A stretch of DNA of 64,000 nucleotides from an uncultured Alphaproteobacteria bacterium (GCA_963841665.1 CAWJDW010000006.1:7304-71303), one strand, 5' to 3'; shown: positions 29,914 to 40,883, counted from the first letter of the stretch. Translations and numbers: made by a program. Notes: generated by a model not told the origin, from the sequence alone.

Positions 29914-31782
29914 ATGAACCAGCGCTCGATCGCCACGGTCTCGATCAGCGGTGCGCTCGACGAAAAGCTGCGGGCGATCGCGGCCGCGGGCTTCACCATG
30001 GTGGAGATCTTCGAGAACGACCTGATCTCGTCGGGCGCACGGCCGCGCGAGATCGCACAGCTCTGCGCCGATCTGGCCTTGTCGATCTGCGCCTATCAGC
30101 CGTTCCGCGACTTCGAGGGCATGCCGGAGCCGCAGCGCGCGCGCAACTTCATCCGCGCCGAGCGCAAGTTCGACCTGATGCAGGAGCTCGGCACTGATCT
30201 CCTGCTGATCTGCAGCAACGTCTCGCCGCTTGCGCTCGGCGGCATCGATCGCGCCGCGGACGATTTCCGTGAACTCGGTGAGCGCGCCGCGAGGCGCGGC
30301 CTGCGCGTCGGCTACGAGGCCTTGGCCTGGGGGCGCCACGTCAATGATCATCGCGACGCCTGGGAGATCGTGCGCCGCGCCGATCATCCTGCGATCGGCA
30401 TCATCCTCGACACTTTCCACACGTTGGCGCCGAAATTTCCCGAACGATCGATCCGCTCGATCCCCGCCGACAAGATCTTTCTGGTGCAGCTCGCGGATGC
30501 ACCGCGGCTCGAGCTCGACGTGCTCTCCTGGAGCCGGCATTTTCGCTGCTTCCCGGGGCAGGGCGATCTGCCGGTCACGGACTTCATGCATGCGGTCCGC
30601 GCCACCGGCTATGCCGGGCCGCTGTCGCTGGAGATCTTCAACGACCAGTTCCGCGCCGGCAGCGCCGCGCGGACCGCGGTCGACGGCATGCGCTCGCTGA
30701 TCCTGCTCGACGAGGCGTTGGCGGACGCATCCGACGCGGCGAAGGCAACACCACCGCCGAGGCCGCGCAGCCGCGGCGTCAGCTTTGTCGAATTCGCCGT
30801 CGACGATGCCAAGGGCGCGGGGCTTGCGGCTCTGTTCGGCCAGCTCGGCTTTCGGAAAACAGGACAGCATCGCAGCAAGGCGGTGGAGCGCTGGTCGCAA
30901 GGCGGCATCGAGCTCGTCATCAACCGCAGTCAGGCCGGCTTCGCTCATTCGCATTACGTCACGCATGGGCCCGGTGTCTGCGCCATCGGCCTCGACGTCG
31001 ACAATGCCGGCCGCGTCATGATGCGTGCCGAGACGCTGAAGGTCAGGACCTTCCATCAGCCGGTCGGGCCGGGTGAGTTGGAGATTCCGGCGATCCATGG
31101 CGTCGGTGGCAGTCTGCTGTATTTCCTCGATGGCGGCGACAGCAACTGGGACGTCGATTTCGTCGGGCTGGACAACGATTCCGGCGCCGATCGCCTGAGC
31201 ACGATCGACCACATCTCGCAGTCGATGCCGCATGAGGAGATGCTGTCGTGGTTGTTGTTCTATACCGGCATCCTTGATCTCGGCAGGTTGCCGCAGCTCG
31301 AGATCGCCGACATCCGCGGCCTCGTAGCCAGCCAGGCGCTGATCAACACCGACCGCAGGCTGCAAATCATCCTCAACGGCTCGACGGCGACGCGGACTCA
31401 GTCGGCGCGCTTCATCAACGAGTTCTTCGGCTCCGGCGTGCAGCACATCGCCTTTGCCTGCACCGACATCTTCGCAACTGTTGCCGAGATGCGCGCTCGC
31501 GGCGCCGGCTTCCTCGATATCCCCGATAACTACTACGATGACCTCGAGGCCAAGTACGACCTCGATGCCGCCACCCTTGCCAGCCTGCGCGCCAACCGGA
31601 TCCTCTACGACCGCGAAGGCGAGGCAGAGTTCTTCCAGGTCTATACCCACGTGTTCGAGGAGCGCTTCTTCTTCGAGCTCGTCGAGCGCCGTAGCTATCA
31701 GGGCTTTGGGGCCGCCAATGCGGCGATCCGGCTGGCCGCCCAGGCAAGGGAAGCGGCGCCGTCGGATGCGGCGGTGTTGTAA
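29914..31782 (+). CDS. 3-dehydroshikimate dehydratase, QuiC1 type (sugar-phosphate isomerase TIM barrel fused to an HPPD-like domain)
   Basis: SIATVSISG.L.EKL.AIAAAGF..VEIFEND, YEALAWG, LDTFH, SLEIFNDQFR, then HGPGVCAIG, GSGVQHIAF, FFFELVERR. Confidence 0.9.
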   Translation: MNQRSIATVSISGALDEKLRAIAAAGFTMVEIFENDLISSGARPREIAQLCADLALSICAYQPFRDFEGMPEPQRARNFIRAERKFDLMQELGTDLLLICSNVSPLALGGIDRAADDFRELGERAARRGLRVGYEALAWGRHVNDHRDAWEIVRRADHPAIGIILDTFHTLAPKFPERSIRSIPADKIFLVQLADAPRLELDVLSWSRHFRCFPGQGDLPVTDFMHAVRATGYAGPLSLEIFNDQFRAGSAARTAVDGMRSLILLDEALADASDAAKATPPPRPRSRGVSFVEFAVDDAKGAGLAALFGQLGFRKTGQHRSKAVERWSQGGIELVINRSQAGFAHSHYVTHGPGVCAIGLDVDNAGRVMMRAETLKVRTFHQPVGPGELEIPAIHGVGGSLLYFLDGGDSNWDVDFVGLDNDSGADRLSTIDHISQSMPHEEMLSWLLFYTGILDLGRLPQLEIADIRGLVASQALINTDRRLQIILNGSTATRTQSARFINEFFGSGVQHIAFACTDIFATVAEMRARGAGFLDIPDNYYDDLEAKYDLDAATLASLRANRILYDREGEAEFFQVYTHVFEERFFFELVERRSYQGFGAANAAIRLAAQAREAAPSDAAVL

Positions 31783-31797
31783 GCATTGAGACCTGTA

Positions 31798-31860
31798 CCC
31801 CTTCACCCGGATTGCATCTTGCGATGCAATCCGACCTCTCCCCGCAAAGCGGGGCGAGGT
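31798..31860. repeat. Short palindromic intergenic repeat (CCCTCACCCGG...CCTCTCCCCGC...GCGGGG family)
   Basis: Nested hairpins CGGATTGCATC/GATGCAATCCG and CCTCTCCCCGC/GCGGGGCGAGG. Confidence 0.65.
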
Positions 31861-32044
31861 TACATCCCGTCCGCCGCGTCAGCCTGACGCATCGCCGGCA
31901 TCTGCGGGCAACGCCCGCGGGATGGCGGCATGCCGGAAGAGCAATGCTCGCGCCGGCAAAATGGTGTATCGGCAAGCCTTCGTCACCAGACTTCGCGCCG
32001 CGCCTGCGGCCCGCGACAAGCAATAAGGTTTCGGAGGAAGGTTC

Positions 32045-33268
32045 ATGTCGGCTTTGCCGCTCTCTGGCATCAGGATTCTCGATCTGACCCGCGTGCTCGC
32101 CGGTCCGTTGTCGGCGCAAATGCTGGGCGATCTGGGTGCCGAAGTGATCAAGGTCGAACGGCCGGGAACCGGCGACGATGCCCGCGCCTTCGGTCCGCCT
32201 TATCTCACCGACCCCGAGGGCAAGGCCAACAACAACAATTCGTTCTATCTCTGCGCCAACCGCAACAAGAAGTCGGTGACGGTCAACGTCGCCAGCAAGG
32301 AGGGGCAGGAGATCATCCGCGCGCTGGCGAAAGACTGCGACGTCTTCATGGAGAACTACAAGGTCGGCGACCTCAAGCGTTACGGCCTCGATTACGAATT
32401 GATCCGCGCCGTCAATCCCGGCATCATCTATTGCTCGGTGACCGGCTTCGGCCAGACCGGGCCTTACGCGCCGCGCGCCGGTTATGACGCGATCTTCCAG
32501 GCCATGGGCGGGCTGATGAGCGTCACCGGCCACATGGACGGCGAGCCGGGCGAGGGACCGATGAAGGTCGGCCCGTCCATCGTCGACTACATGACCGGCA
32601 TGAACACCTCGACCGGGATTCTCGCGGCGCTGTATCATCGCAAGGTCACCGGCGTCGGCCAGCATGTCGACGTCTGCCTGCTCGACACCGTGATCGCCTC
32701 GCTGTCGCATTGGGCGCAGATCTATCTCGTCAACGGCAAGTCGCCGCCGCGCCGCGGCACCTGGGGCAATGGCGGCATGCCGGCCGGCATGTTCCGCTGC
32801 TCGGACGGTGAGCTGATGCTGGTGGTCGGCAATGACGGCCAGTTCGCACGCACCTGCGAGGTGTTAGGAGCGCCGGAGCTCGCGACCGATCCAAAATTCC
32901 TCAGGAACAACGACCGCGTCGTCAACGGCAAGGAGATCATGGCGATCTTTGCCGGGCTATTCCTGAAGAACAGCGTCGGGCATTGGCTCGAGGAGCTGGA
33001 GAAGGCCGGCGTGCCCTGCGGCCCGGTCAACGACTTCGCCCACGTCTTCGCCGATCCGCATGTGCAGTCGCGGGGGATGGAGGTGAAGACGGAGCATCCG
33101 TTCGAGCCGCAGCTGTCGCTGATCCGCAACGCGCTGACCTTCTCGGAGACGCCGGTGCAGGAATATCGCGCGCCGCCGCTGCTCGGCGAGCACACCGCGG
33201 AAGTGCTGAGCGGGCTCGGCTATGACGCGGCCAAGATCGCGGCACTCAAAGAGCGCGGCGCGATCTGA
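32045..33268 (+). CDS. CaiB/BaiF family III CoA-transferase
   Basis: LSGIRILDLTRVLAGP...LGDLGAEVIKVERPG.GDD.R, NRNKKS, GFGQTGPY...GYD, PPLLGEHT. Confidence 0.95.
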   Translation: MSALPLSGIRILDLTRVLAGPLSAQMLGDLGAEVIKVERPGTGDDARAFGPPYLTDPEGKANNNNSFYLCANRNKKSVTVNVASKEGQEIIRALAKDCDVFMENYKVGDLKRYGLDYELIRAVNPGIIYCSVTGFGQTGPYAPRAGYDAIFQAMGGLMSVTGHMDGEPGEGPMKVGPSIVDYMTGMNTSTGILAALYHRKVTGVGQHVDVCLLDTVIASLSHWAQIYLVNGKSPPRRGTWGNGGMPAGMFRCSDGELMLVVGNDGQFARTCEVLGAPELATDPKFLRNNDRVVNGKEIMAIFAGLFLKNSVGHWLEELEKAGVPCGPVNDFAHVFADPHVQSRGMEVKTEHPFEPQLSLIRNALTFSETPVQEYRAPPLLGEHTAEVLSGLGYDAAKIAALKERGAI

Positions 33269-33288
33269 GCGTATCGCATTCAACGACG

Positions 33289-33319
33289 AAGCTCCGGCAG
33301 CGCCGGAGCTTTTTCGTTT
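33289..33319 (+). terminator. Intrinsic terminator between the convergent CoA-transferase and TetR genes
   Basis: AAGCTCCGGC-agc-GCCGGAGCTT followed by a T-rich tract. Confidence 0.75.
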
Positions 33320-33323
33320 CAGG

Positions 33324-33986
33324 TCACTGCAGCTGCCGCGCGCGGGGCGGCTGTGCCTTCGCAGGCTGCGCCACCAGCCCCATCGCCGCGACCGACACCA
33401 CGCGCTCGATCACGCCTGAGACATCGTCGAGGTCGCATTGTCCGTCCGACAGCTTGGTCAGCCGTTCGCTGTCGCGGATGGTGTGGTGCGCCATGGCGAG
33501 CGCAAAATGCAGGCCCCAATAGAGTTCGACCTCGCTGCGGCCGGGCAGGGCCCGCTTCAGCGCGGCGGCGAATTTGCGCAAATGGTCGATCTCGCGGTTC
33601 TTGATGCGGCGGATCGGCGGCACCAATTCGATCGAGGCGCGGATCATGAAGCGCGCGCCGGTCGAGCGCTCGTTCTCCGGTCCTAAACAGTCGCGCATCA
33701 CAGGTGCGACCAGCGCGCGCAGGATGTCGCGGATGTCGGCCGCGCCGCCGCCCTTTTCCTCTGCCGCTCGTAATTCGCGTAGGCGTTCGCGGTTGAGCGC
33801 GATCGAGCGCGTCACGAACAATTCCGCGATCAGCTCGTCCTTGGAGCCGAAATGATAGTTCACCGCGGCGAGGTTGACGTTCGCCGCCGCCACGATGTCG
33901 CGCAGGGTGACGTCGGAGAAGCCGCGCTCGGCATAGAGCCGCTCGGCGGCGGCGAGGATGGCGCTTCGGGTCAGGTCGCTCGGCAT
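33324..33986 (-). CDS. TetR-family regulator, PsrA-like
   Basis: ILAAAERLYAERGF..VTLRDI...ANVNLAAVNYHFGSKDEL; AAGGAGG RBS before ATG 33986. Confidence 0.9.
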   Translation of the reverse strand: MPSDLTRSAILAAAERLYAERGFSDVTLRDIVAAANVNLAAVNYHFGSKDELIAELFVTRSIALNRERLRELRAAEEKGGGAADIRDILRALVAPVMRDCLGPENERSTGARFMIRASIELVPPIRRIKNREIDHLRKFAAALKRALPGRSEVELYWGLHFALAMAHHTIRDSERLTKLSDGQCDLDDVSGVIERVVSVAAMGLVAQPAKAQPPRARQLQ

Positions 33987-34022
33987 CGTTTCCTCCTTAC
34001 CGGATCGTACGACGCGGTTGCA

Positions 34023-34042
34023 TTTCAAACAGCTGTATGAAA
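34023..34042. promoter_or_regulatory. PsrA-like operator TTTCAAACAGCTGTATGAAA
   Basis: Near-perfect 20-bp palindrome between the divergent TetR and acyl-CoA dehydrogenase genes; resembles CAAAC-N-GTTT. Confidence 0.7.
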
Positions 34043-34200
34043 CTATCGTTTTATGAACCTGGAATGTCAATCCGCGGATTTCACGCGGCGGCATTTCCGG
34101 GCTCTCGCGCATGCATCGCCAGCTCAGAAGTACCTTGCGGGTGAGGGCGGGCAGGCGGAGAGTGCGGCCCAACGATCAAGCAAAGCCTGAGGAGCGTCCC

Positions 34201-35433
<1,233 letters not shown>

Positions 35434-35441
35434 ATGAGAAG

Positions 35442-35469
35442 GAAGGGAGCGCTCCGTGGCGCTCCCTTC
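35442..35469. other. GC-rich intergenic hairpin (mRNA stability element or weak terminator)
   Basis: GAAGGGAGCGC / GCGCTCCCTTC inverted repeat. Confidence 0.5.
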
Positions 35470-35494
35470 TCGAAAATGCGAGGGAGCGCCGATC

Positions 35495-36553
35495 GTGGCT
35501 GATGCCGTGAGGAAGGACGAGGATTTTTCCGGCACCAAGCCGGTCGAGGAGCGCCATCGCGTCGACGAGGCGAAGCTCGCCGCCTGGATGGCGGAGCATG
35601 TCGAGGGCTTCGCCGGTCCGTTGACCGTGCTGCAGTTCAAGGGCGGCCAGTCCAATCCGACCTATCGCCTGAACACGCCGGGGCGCTCTTACGTGATGCG
35701 GCGCAAGCCGTTCGGCAAATTGCTGCCGTCCGCGCACGCAGTCGATCGCGAATTCCGCGTCATCGCAGCACTGGGCAAGCAGGGTTTTCCGGTCGCGCGC
35801 GCCTATGCGCTCTGCACCGATGACAGCGTGATCGGCGCTGCATTCTATATCATGTCGATGGAGGAAGGACGGGTATTCTGGGATCCCTCATTGCCGCATG
35901 TAGATGCCGCGCAGCGTCGGCCGATCTTCCAGAGCAAGATCGAGACGCTCGCGAAACTGCACGCTTACGAGCCGGCCGAGATCGGCCTCGGTGACTTCGG
36001 CAAGCCCGGCAACTACTTTGCCCGCCAGGTCGATCGCTGGACCAAGCAGTACCGCGCATCCGAGACCCAGCACATCGAAGAGATGGAGAAGCTGATCGAG
36101 TGGCTGCCGCGCACCCTGCCGGTGCAGGAGCGCGTCTCGATCGTGCATGGCGACTACCGCCTCGACAACATGATCTTCCATGCCACCGAGCCGCGCGTCA
36201 TCGCAGTGCTGGACTGGGAGCTGTCGACCCTTGGCGATCCCATGGCCGACTTCACCTATCTGTTGATGCAGTGGACCATGCCGGGCCTTGCCGGCATCGA
36301 CCACAAGGCGCTGAACATCCCGACCATGGAGGAGGCGGCGCAGATCTATTGCGGCGTCACCGGCATGAAGCTGCCTGATCTCAACTGGTACTTCGCCTAC
36401 AATCTGTTCCGCCTCGCCGGCATCCTGCAAGGCATCGTCGGCCGCATCCGCGACGGTACAGCCGCCAACGACAAGGCGATCGAGTCGGTCAAGCGCATGG
36501 TGCCGATGACCAAGACGGCGTGGGCGTACGCGCAGAAGGCGGGCGCGGTTTAG
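35495..36553 (+). CDS. Aminoglycoside-phosphotransferase-like protein (ACAD10/11 kinase-domain homolog)
   Basis: GGQSNPTY, SAHAVDREFRV, HGDYRLDN, LDWELSTLGDP; GTG at 35495. Confidence 0.92.
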   Translation: MADAVRKDEDFSGTKPVEERHRVDEAKLAAWMAEHVEGFAGPLTVLQFKGGQSNPTYRLNTPGRSYVMRRKPFGKLLPSAHAVDREFRVIAALGKQGFPVARAYALCTDDSVIGAAFYIMSMEEGRVFWDPSLPHVDAAQRRPIFQSKIETLAKLHAYEPAEIGLGDFGKPGNYFARQVDRWTKQYRASETQHIEEMEKLIEWLPRTLPVQERVSIVHGDYRLDNMIFHATEPRVIAVLDWELSTLGDPMADFTYLLMQWTMPGLAGIDHKALNIPTMEEAAQIYCGVTGMKLPDLNWYFAYNLFRLAGILQGIVGRIRDGTAANDKAIESVKRMVPMTKTAWAYAQKAGAV

Positions 36554-36608
36554 TTTCCGCGGTAGTCTGTTGCGCCGCCATGAACCTCCGCAACCACGAA
36601 CCTCCGCT

Positions 36609-36713
36609 GTCATTCCGGGGCGCCCGAAGGGCGAGCCCGGAATCCATTGGGCCGCATGCCGTGTTCTGAAATGGATTCCGGGCTCGCGCCTAACGGCGCG
36701 CCCCCGGAATGAC
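36609..36713. repeat. GTCATTCCGG...CCGGAATGAC REP/RIME-like palindromic doublet
   Basis: Terminal inverted repeats with internal GAGCCCGGAATCCAT/ATGGATTCCGGGCTC; related copies at 37171, 40783 and 43407. Confidence 0.85.
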
Positions 36714-36842
36714 GAGCCGATAGAGTTGCGCGATTCGATGCGTAGTTCGTAGCCTGTATCTCGCTGCCTATCGCCATGGCCTAAGGGGCGACGGCAGAAG
36801 CGTCAGCGATACGTCGCACCATTCACTGTCACGAGGTCACCG

Positions 36843-36998
36843 ATGTCACTCTCCTCAGCCAAGAACTACGCGCTGCGCGCCGAACGGTCGCAGGATCCCA
36901 AGGAAGCCGCCGAGCTGCTGGCAAAAGCCATACTGGAACTGGCGGCCTCGATCGAGGCGACCGACGCCAAGGTGAAGAAGATGAACAAATCCGGCTGA
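36843..36998 (+). CDS. Small helical hypothetical protein (51 aa), absent from the ORF track
   Basis: MSLSSAKNYALRAERSQDPKEAAELLAKAILELAASIEATDAKVKKMNKSG; GAGG RBS; GC-rich third codon positions. Confidence 0.7.
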   Translation: MSLSSAKNYALRAERSQDPKEAAELLAKAILELAASIEATDAKVKKMNKSG

Positions 36999-37036
36999 TG
37001 GTTTTGTTGCCCGCGCAGAAGGCGGGCACCTCCGCC

Positions 37037-37148
37037 GTATTGCGAGCGCAGCGACTTGTCCGCCATAGTCCGAAGGGCGACGGCGGAAGCAATCCAGAGC
37101 CGAAAAGGAAGTCTGGATTACTTCGTCGCAAACGCTCCTCGCAATGAC
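37037..37148. repeat. REP-like doublet (TTGCGAG...GAAGCAATCCAG / CTGGATTACTTC...CTCGCAATGAC family)
   Basis: Inverted repeats visible; abuts the next REP copy. Confidence 0.75.
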
Positions 37149-37170
37149 AGGAGCGTCCACGTTCTCCGCT

Positions 37171-37273
37171 GTCATTCCGGAGCGATGCGAAGCATCGAGC
37201 CCGGAATCCATCCATCCGCGGATGATGTCGTGAAATGGATTCCGGGCTCGCGCCTGGCGCGCCCCGGAATGAC
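37171..37273. repeat. GTCATTCCGG...CCGGAATGAC REP/RIME-like doublet
   Basis: Closely similar to 36609-36713. Confidence 0.85.
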
Positions 37274-37325
37274 GAGAGGACGGATTTGCGCGCTTTCTCT
37301 TAATTCAGACGCGTCCCAACCTACT

Positions 37326-38528
37326 TCACGCGCGCCGCAACGCGTCCAACCCATCCGCCTTCTCGCACTGCGCGATCAGCCTTTCGATCATCTCGGCACA
37401 GCGCTCCAGCTCCGCGATCTCGATGAACTCGTCCGGCTTGTGGGCCTGCGCGATCGCCCCGGGGCCGATCACGATCGCGGGGATGTCGGCCATCGCCACG
37501 AACAGGCCGGCCTCGGTGCCGTAGGACACCTTGATGTGGCTATTGCGGCCCGCGAGCGTCTTGGCGAACGTCACCAGTGGATGGCTGACCGCGAGGTCGA
37601 GCGCCGGATAATCGACGATCTCCTCGAAATCGACGCCGCAATCCGGATGGTCCTGGCGCATCACGGGCTCGAGCTCGGCGCGGACCCAGGCGACGATGCC
37701 GTCGGTCACTTCCTTTGACTCATGCACGCCGAGTCCGCGAGCTTCGAACTGCAGCTCGCAAGCATCGGGCACAATGTTGAGCGCGGTGCCGCCCTGCACG
37801 ACGCTGCTGAGCAGCGTGGTGAAGGGTACGTCATAGAGCGTGTCGCGCGCCCCGCCCGCCGCGATCTGGCGCGCGCGCCGGCGGATCTCGGCAATCAGGT
37901 CGGCGGCATATTCAACCGCGTTGACCCCTTGCGGTGCCAGCGAGGAATGGACGGCCTCGCCGCGGACGAGGGCGCGCAGCGCGTGCTTGCCCTTGTGGCC
38001 GATCGCGACCTGCATCAGGCTCGGCTCGCCGACGAAGCAGGCGAGCGGCTTGACCTTGAGCTTGTTGATCTCGTCGAGCAGCGGCCGCACCCCGACGCAG
38101 CCGACCTCCTCGTCATAGGAGATCGCCAGATGAATCGGCGCAGCGAGCTTGGCGCGCACCATCTCCGGCACCATGGCGAGACATGTCGCGACAAAGCCCT
38201 TCATGTCGACTGCGCCGCGGCCGTAGAGCTTGCCGTCGCGCTCAACCAGCGTGAACGGATCATGGCTCCAGCTTTGTCCCGTGACTGGCACCACGTCGGT
38301 ATGGCCCGACAGGACGACGCCGGGCTTGTCGGCGGGGCCGATCGTCACCCACAGCGCGGCCTTCTGGCCGGTGGGATCCATGATCCGCTGTGCGCCGACG
38401 CCATGCGACGCGAGATAGGCTTCGACATGATCGATCAGCGCGAGGTTCGATTTGTCGCTGACGGTGTCGAAGCCCACGAGCTTGGCAAGAATGGTCTTGA
38501 TACGGTTGGTACGGTCGCTTGGCATCAT
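37326..38528 (-). CDS. argE: Acetylornithine deacetylase (M20A family)
   Basis: LSGHTDVVPV, LYGRGAVDMKG, SYDEEVGC, GEPS, HKG, YGTEAGLF, QAHKPDEF. Confidence 0.88.
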   Translation of the reverse strand: MMPSDRTNRIKTILAKLVGFDTVSDKSNLALIDHVEAYLASHGVGAQRIMDPTGQKAALWVTIGPADKPGVVLSGHTDVVPVTGQSWSHDPFTLVERDGKLYGRGAVDMKGFVATCLAMVPEMVRAKLAAPIHLAISYDEEVGCVGVRPLLDEINKLKVKPLACFVGEPSLMQVAIGHKGKHALRALVRGEAVHSSLAPQGVNAVEYAADLIAEIRRRARQIAAGGARDTLYDVPFTTLLSSVVQGGTALNIVPDACELQFEARGLGVHESKEVTDGIVAWVRAELEPVMRQDHPDCGVDFEEIVDYPALDLAVSHPLVTFAKTLAGRNSHIKVSYGTEAGLFVAMADIPAIVIGPGAIAQAHKPDEFIEIAELERCAEMIERLIAQCEKADGLDALRRA

Positions 38529-38749
38529 GGCTCGAAAATTGCGCCCATTACTGCCGAGAGAACGGCGGCGTGCCGCGGCGAGGGGCTGTTGGAATGATTA
38601 TCGCCCATCGCAGCAATGAATGAAAGGCCGCCCGATGACAGGGTTTCGCGTGCAAAGAGCAGCCGTCTCAGCCGAGCGCGGCGATAGCGCTTGTCGCTGT
38701 GTTCCGTGCTATCTGTGGGAGCCGGCAACCGGCTTGCGGAGAGCCCGCC

Positions 38750-39103
38750 ATGATCCAGCAACTGCGCATCTACGAGATCTTCGAGCACAACAAGGCGGCG
38801 TTCCACGCGCGCTTTCGCGATCATGCCGCGCGCATCATGCGGAGCAGATATAGCTTCCAGATCGTCGCGATGTGGGAAACCAAGTTCGGTGAGCGCACTG
38901 AATTCGTCTATATCCTGGAATGGCCGGACGAGGCAGCGAAGACCGCCGGCTGGGCGGCCTTCATGGCGGACGTCGAATGGTCGGAGATCAAGCGCGCCAC
39001 CCATGCCGAGCACGGACTGATGGTCGGCCAGATCGAGGATCGCCTGCTGTGTCCCGTCGACTATTCACCAGCGCTAGGCCGCAGCCTGGTTCCGGTCACC
39101 TAA
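38750..39103 (+). CDS. NIPSNAP family protein
   Basis: MIQQLRIYEIF...FHARFRDHA...FVYILEW...WAAFMADVEW...LLCPVDYSP; GGAG RBS. Confidence 0.85.
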   Translation: MIQQLRIYEIFEHNKAAFHARFRDHAARIMRSRYSFQIVAMWETKFGERTEFVYILEWPDEAAKTAGWAAFMADVEWSEIKRATHAEHGLMVGQIEDRLLCPVDYSPALGRSLVPVT

Positions 39104-40026
39104 ATCAGTTCGTCGACTTCGATGCCGCCCTGGAAGAAGTGGCGGTAGCTGTGCGAGAGGAAGCCGATATAGATCGGCACGATCAGCAGCGAGAGCACGA
39201 ACATCAGCGTGCTCATGATCGTGAAACCAACGGCAGGTACGGCAAATTGTCCGCTGGCGGGTACGAACCTCGAGAAGCCGATCGCCGCCATCACGATCGC
39301 TGAGATGATCTCCAGCACGATCAGCGGCGGAAGGCAGCAGGCGACCAAGCCCCAGAACATCCGCCAGATGTTGCCGCGCGTCCGCCTCCAGGCCTGCCGA
39401 AAACCAAGTGCGGTGTCTCCGACCGCTTGCGCCGGCAGCAGCACGCTCAACCGGAGCACGACGGCGAGGGCGGCGGGGTAGCACACGATGACGAACAGGA
39501 CGATCGCCACGATTGCTGCGCCATTCAGCTGCTGCCCGGCCACGCCTTGAACAGCCGATACCACGAAGGTGAAAGGAACGGCGGCGAACACAATCGGCAG
39601 AAAGCATATCACCCCGAGCACGATGCCGACGCCGGCATAGCGCCACAGGGCGCTTGTGACGATATTGCCGCCGCTGAGGCCCGGCCGCTCATCCAGAATG
39701 ATGCGGCGATGCCAGGCGACGGCAATGCTCGCGGTCGCGAACGTCATGATGAGATAAGTGAGCGTCGACAGCCATCCGAGGCCGGACGGAGGCGCGATTT
39801 GTGGTCGCAACCCATGGGCCTGGGCCTTTGCTGCTTCGGCGAAGGCGGCGGCCATCCAGGTCCATTGCACCCAGTTCAAGGCGCCGATCATGACGGCGCA
39901 GAGCACGAGCCACAGCCAGGACACCCGCAGCACGTCTGCGAATTTCTGGAAGAACCAGGCGTAGGAGAGGCTGATCACCTCTCCGAGCGGCAGTTTCGGA
40001 AGCGGCGGGATGTCAATCTGGCTCAT
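39100..40026 (-). CDS. Integral membrane hypothetical protein (about 6 TM)
   Basis: Multiple hydrophobic segments; AVAWHRRIILDE and AWRRTRGNIWR motifs. Confidence 0.75.
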   Translation of the reverse strand: MSQIDIPPLPKLPLGEVISLSYAWFFQKFADVLRVSWLWLVLCAVMIGALNWVQWTWMAAAFAEAAKAQAHGLRPQIAPPSGLGWLSTLTYLIMTFATASIAVAWHRRIILDERPGLSGGNIVTSALWRYAGVGIVLGVICFLPIVFAAVPFTFVVSAVQGVAGQQLNGAAIVAIVLFVIVCYPAALAVVLRLSVLLPAQAVGDTALGFRQAWRRTRGNIWRMFWGLVACCLPPLIVLEIISAIVMAAIGFSRFVPASGQFAVPAVGFTIMSTLMFVLSLLIVPIYIGFLSHSYRHFFQGGIEVDELI

Positions 40027-40142
40027 GCTTAAAACTCGCAGGCAGGCATATGGGGGCAAGGAATCATCGAGATCAATCGTAGCGATGATAGCCGTCCTGG
40101 TTTTGAAAATTACTAAACATACGACCTGAAATTGAGCGCACC

Positions 40143-40745
40143 GATTTGCCGGACGCGGGTCGTCGGGCAAATCACTTGGAATCTGCGCCGTCACGCGGTC
40201 GATTTTTGCTGCCCGGACGACGAAAATCGTCTGCGCGGAAAAACTCATTTCGCCTGCATCTTCAATCCGATCGCCGCTCCGCGCCCGTTATGCGTGTAAA
40301 TTTCACTTTCGTTTTTGCAGAAAACGTGATCCTCTGTCCGTATCCCGCCTCATCACGAGGGGCGTATCGCGATCGTCACGAGACGTGGAGTGCGGGGAGC
40401 GGTGGGCGCATCGGTCTGCAGCGTGATTGTCACGCGGACGAACTGGCTGATGCGACGGTGAAATCGTGTGGTCCTGGCATCCCGGTGCTGATGCCAAGCT
40501 TGCGGAAGATGATCCGCGGAGCGACAGGGGCAAAACAGCCGGTCCCTGGGGAGAGCACGTATAAGCCGTTCAAACCATCGCGCAGGGAAGGCCGGGCGAT
40601 CTCGGCTGCACCTGTGGTTCTGCCGCGTGCTTTTTGCCGCACGCGGACCATGGGCGCCAGCCGGCGCCCGGCCTTCCCTGCGCCCTTCTTTCTTGAGGGC
40701 CAAAGACGATGCATCACCCGGACGCTGATCGTGTCGCGGGCAGGA
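40143..40745 (+). repeat. Large structured intergenic repeat, copy 2, including a 5' GATTTGCC...GGCAAATC hairpin
   Basis: Aligns with 16241-16770; compensatory stem changes; boundaries approximate. Confidence 0.85.
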
Positions 40746-40782
40746 AAGGTTATGTTTGATCGGCGGTTCAACAAAGTTCGCT

Positions 40783-40883
40783 GTCATTCCGGGGCGCCGC
40801 GTAGCGGCGAACCCGGGATCCATACTCACGATGGTGGTTATGGATTCCGGGCCTGCGTGCTTGCGCACGCATCCCGGAATGAC
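40783..40883. repeat. GTCATTCCGG...CCGGAATGAC REP/RIME-like doublet
   Basis: Same family as 36609-36713. Confidence 0.85.

Noticed and set aside
35495-36553. Aminoglycoside resistance kinase
   Set aside because: GGQSNPTY/SAHAVDRE motifs and linkage to an acyl-CoA dehydrogenase indicate the metabolic ACAD10/11-type kinase family.
40146-40868. ORFs inside the large repeat copies (40146-41702, 40353-40868, 16234-16593, 16404-16838)
   Set aside because: No recognisable motifs, and reading frames are not preserved between the two copies, whereas base pairing is.
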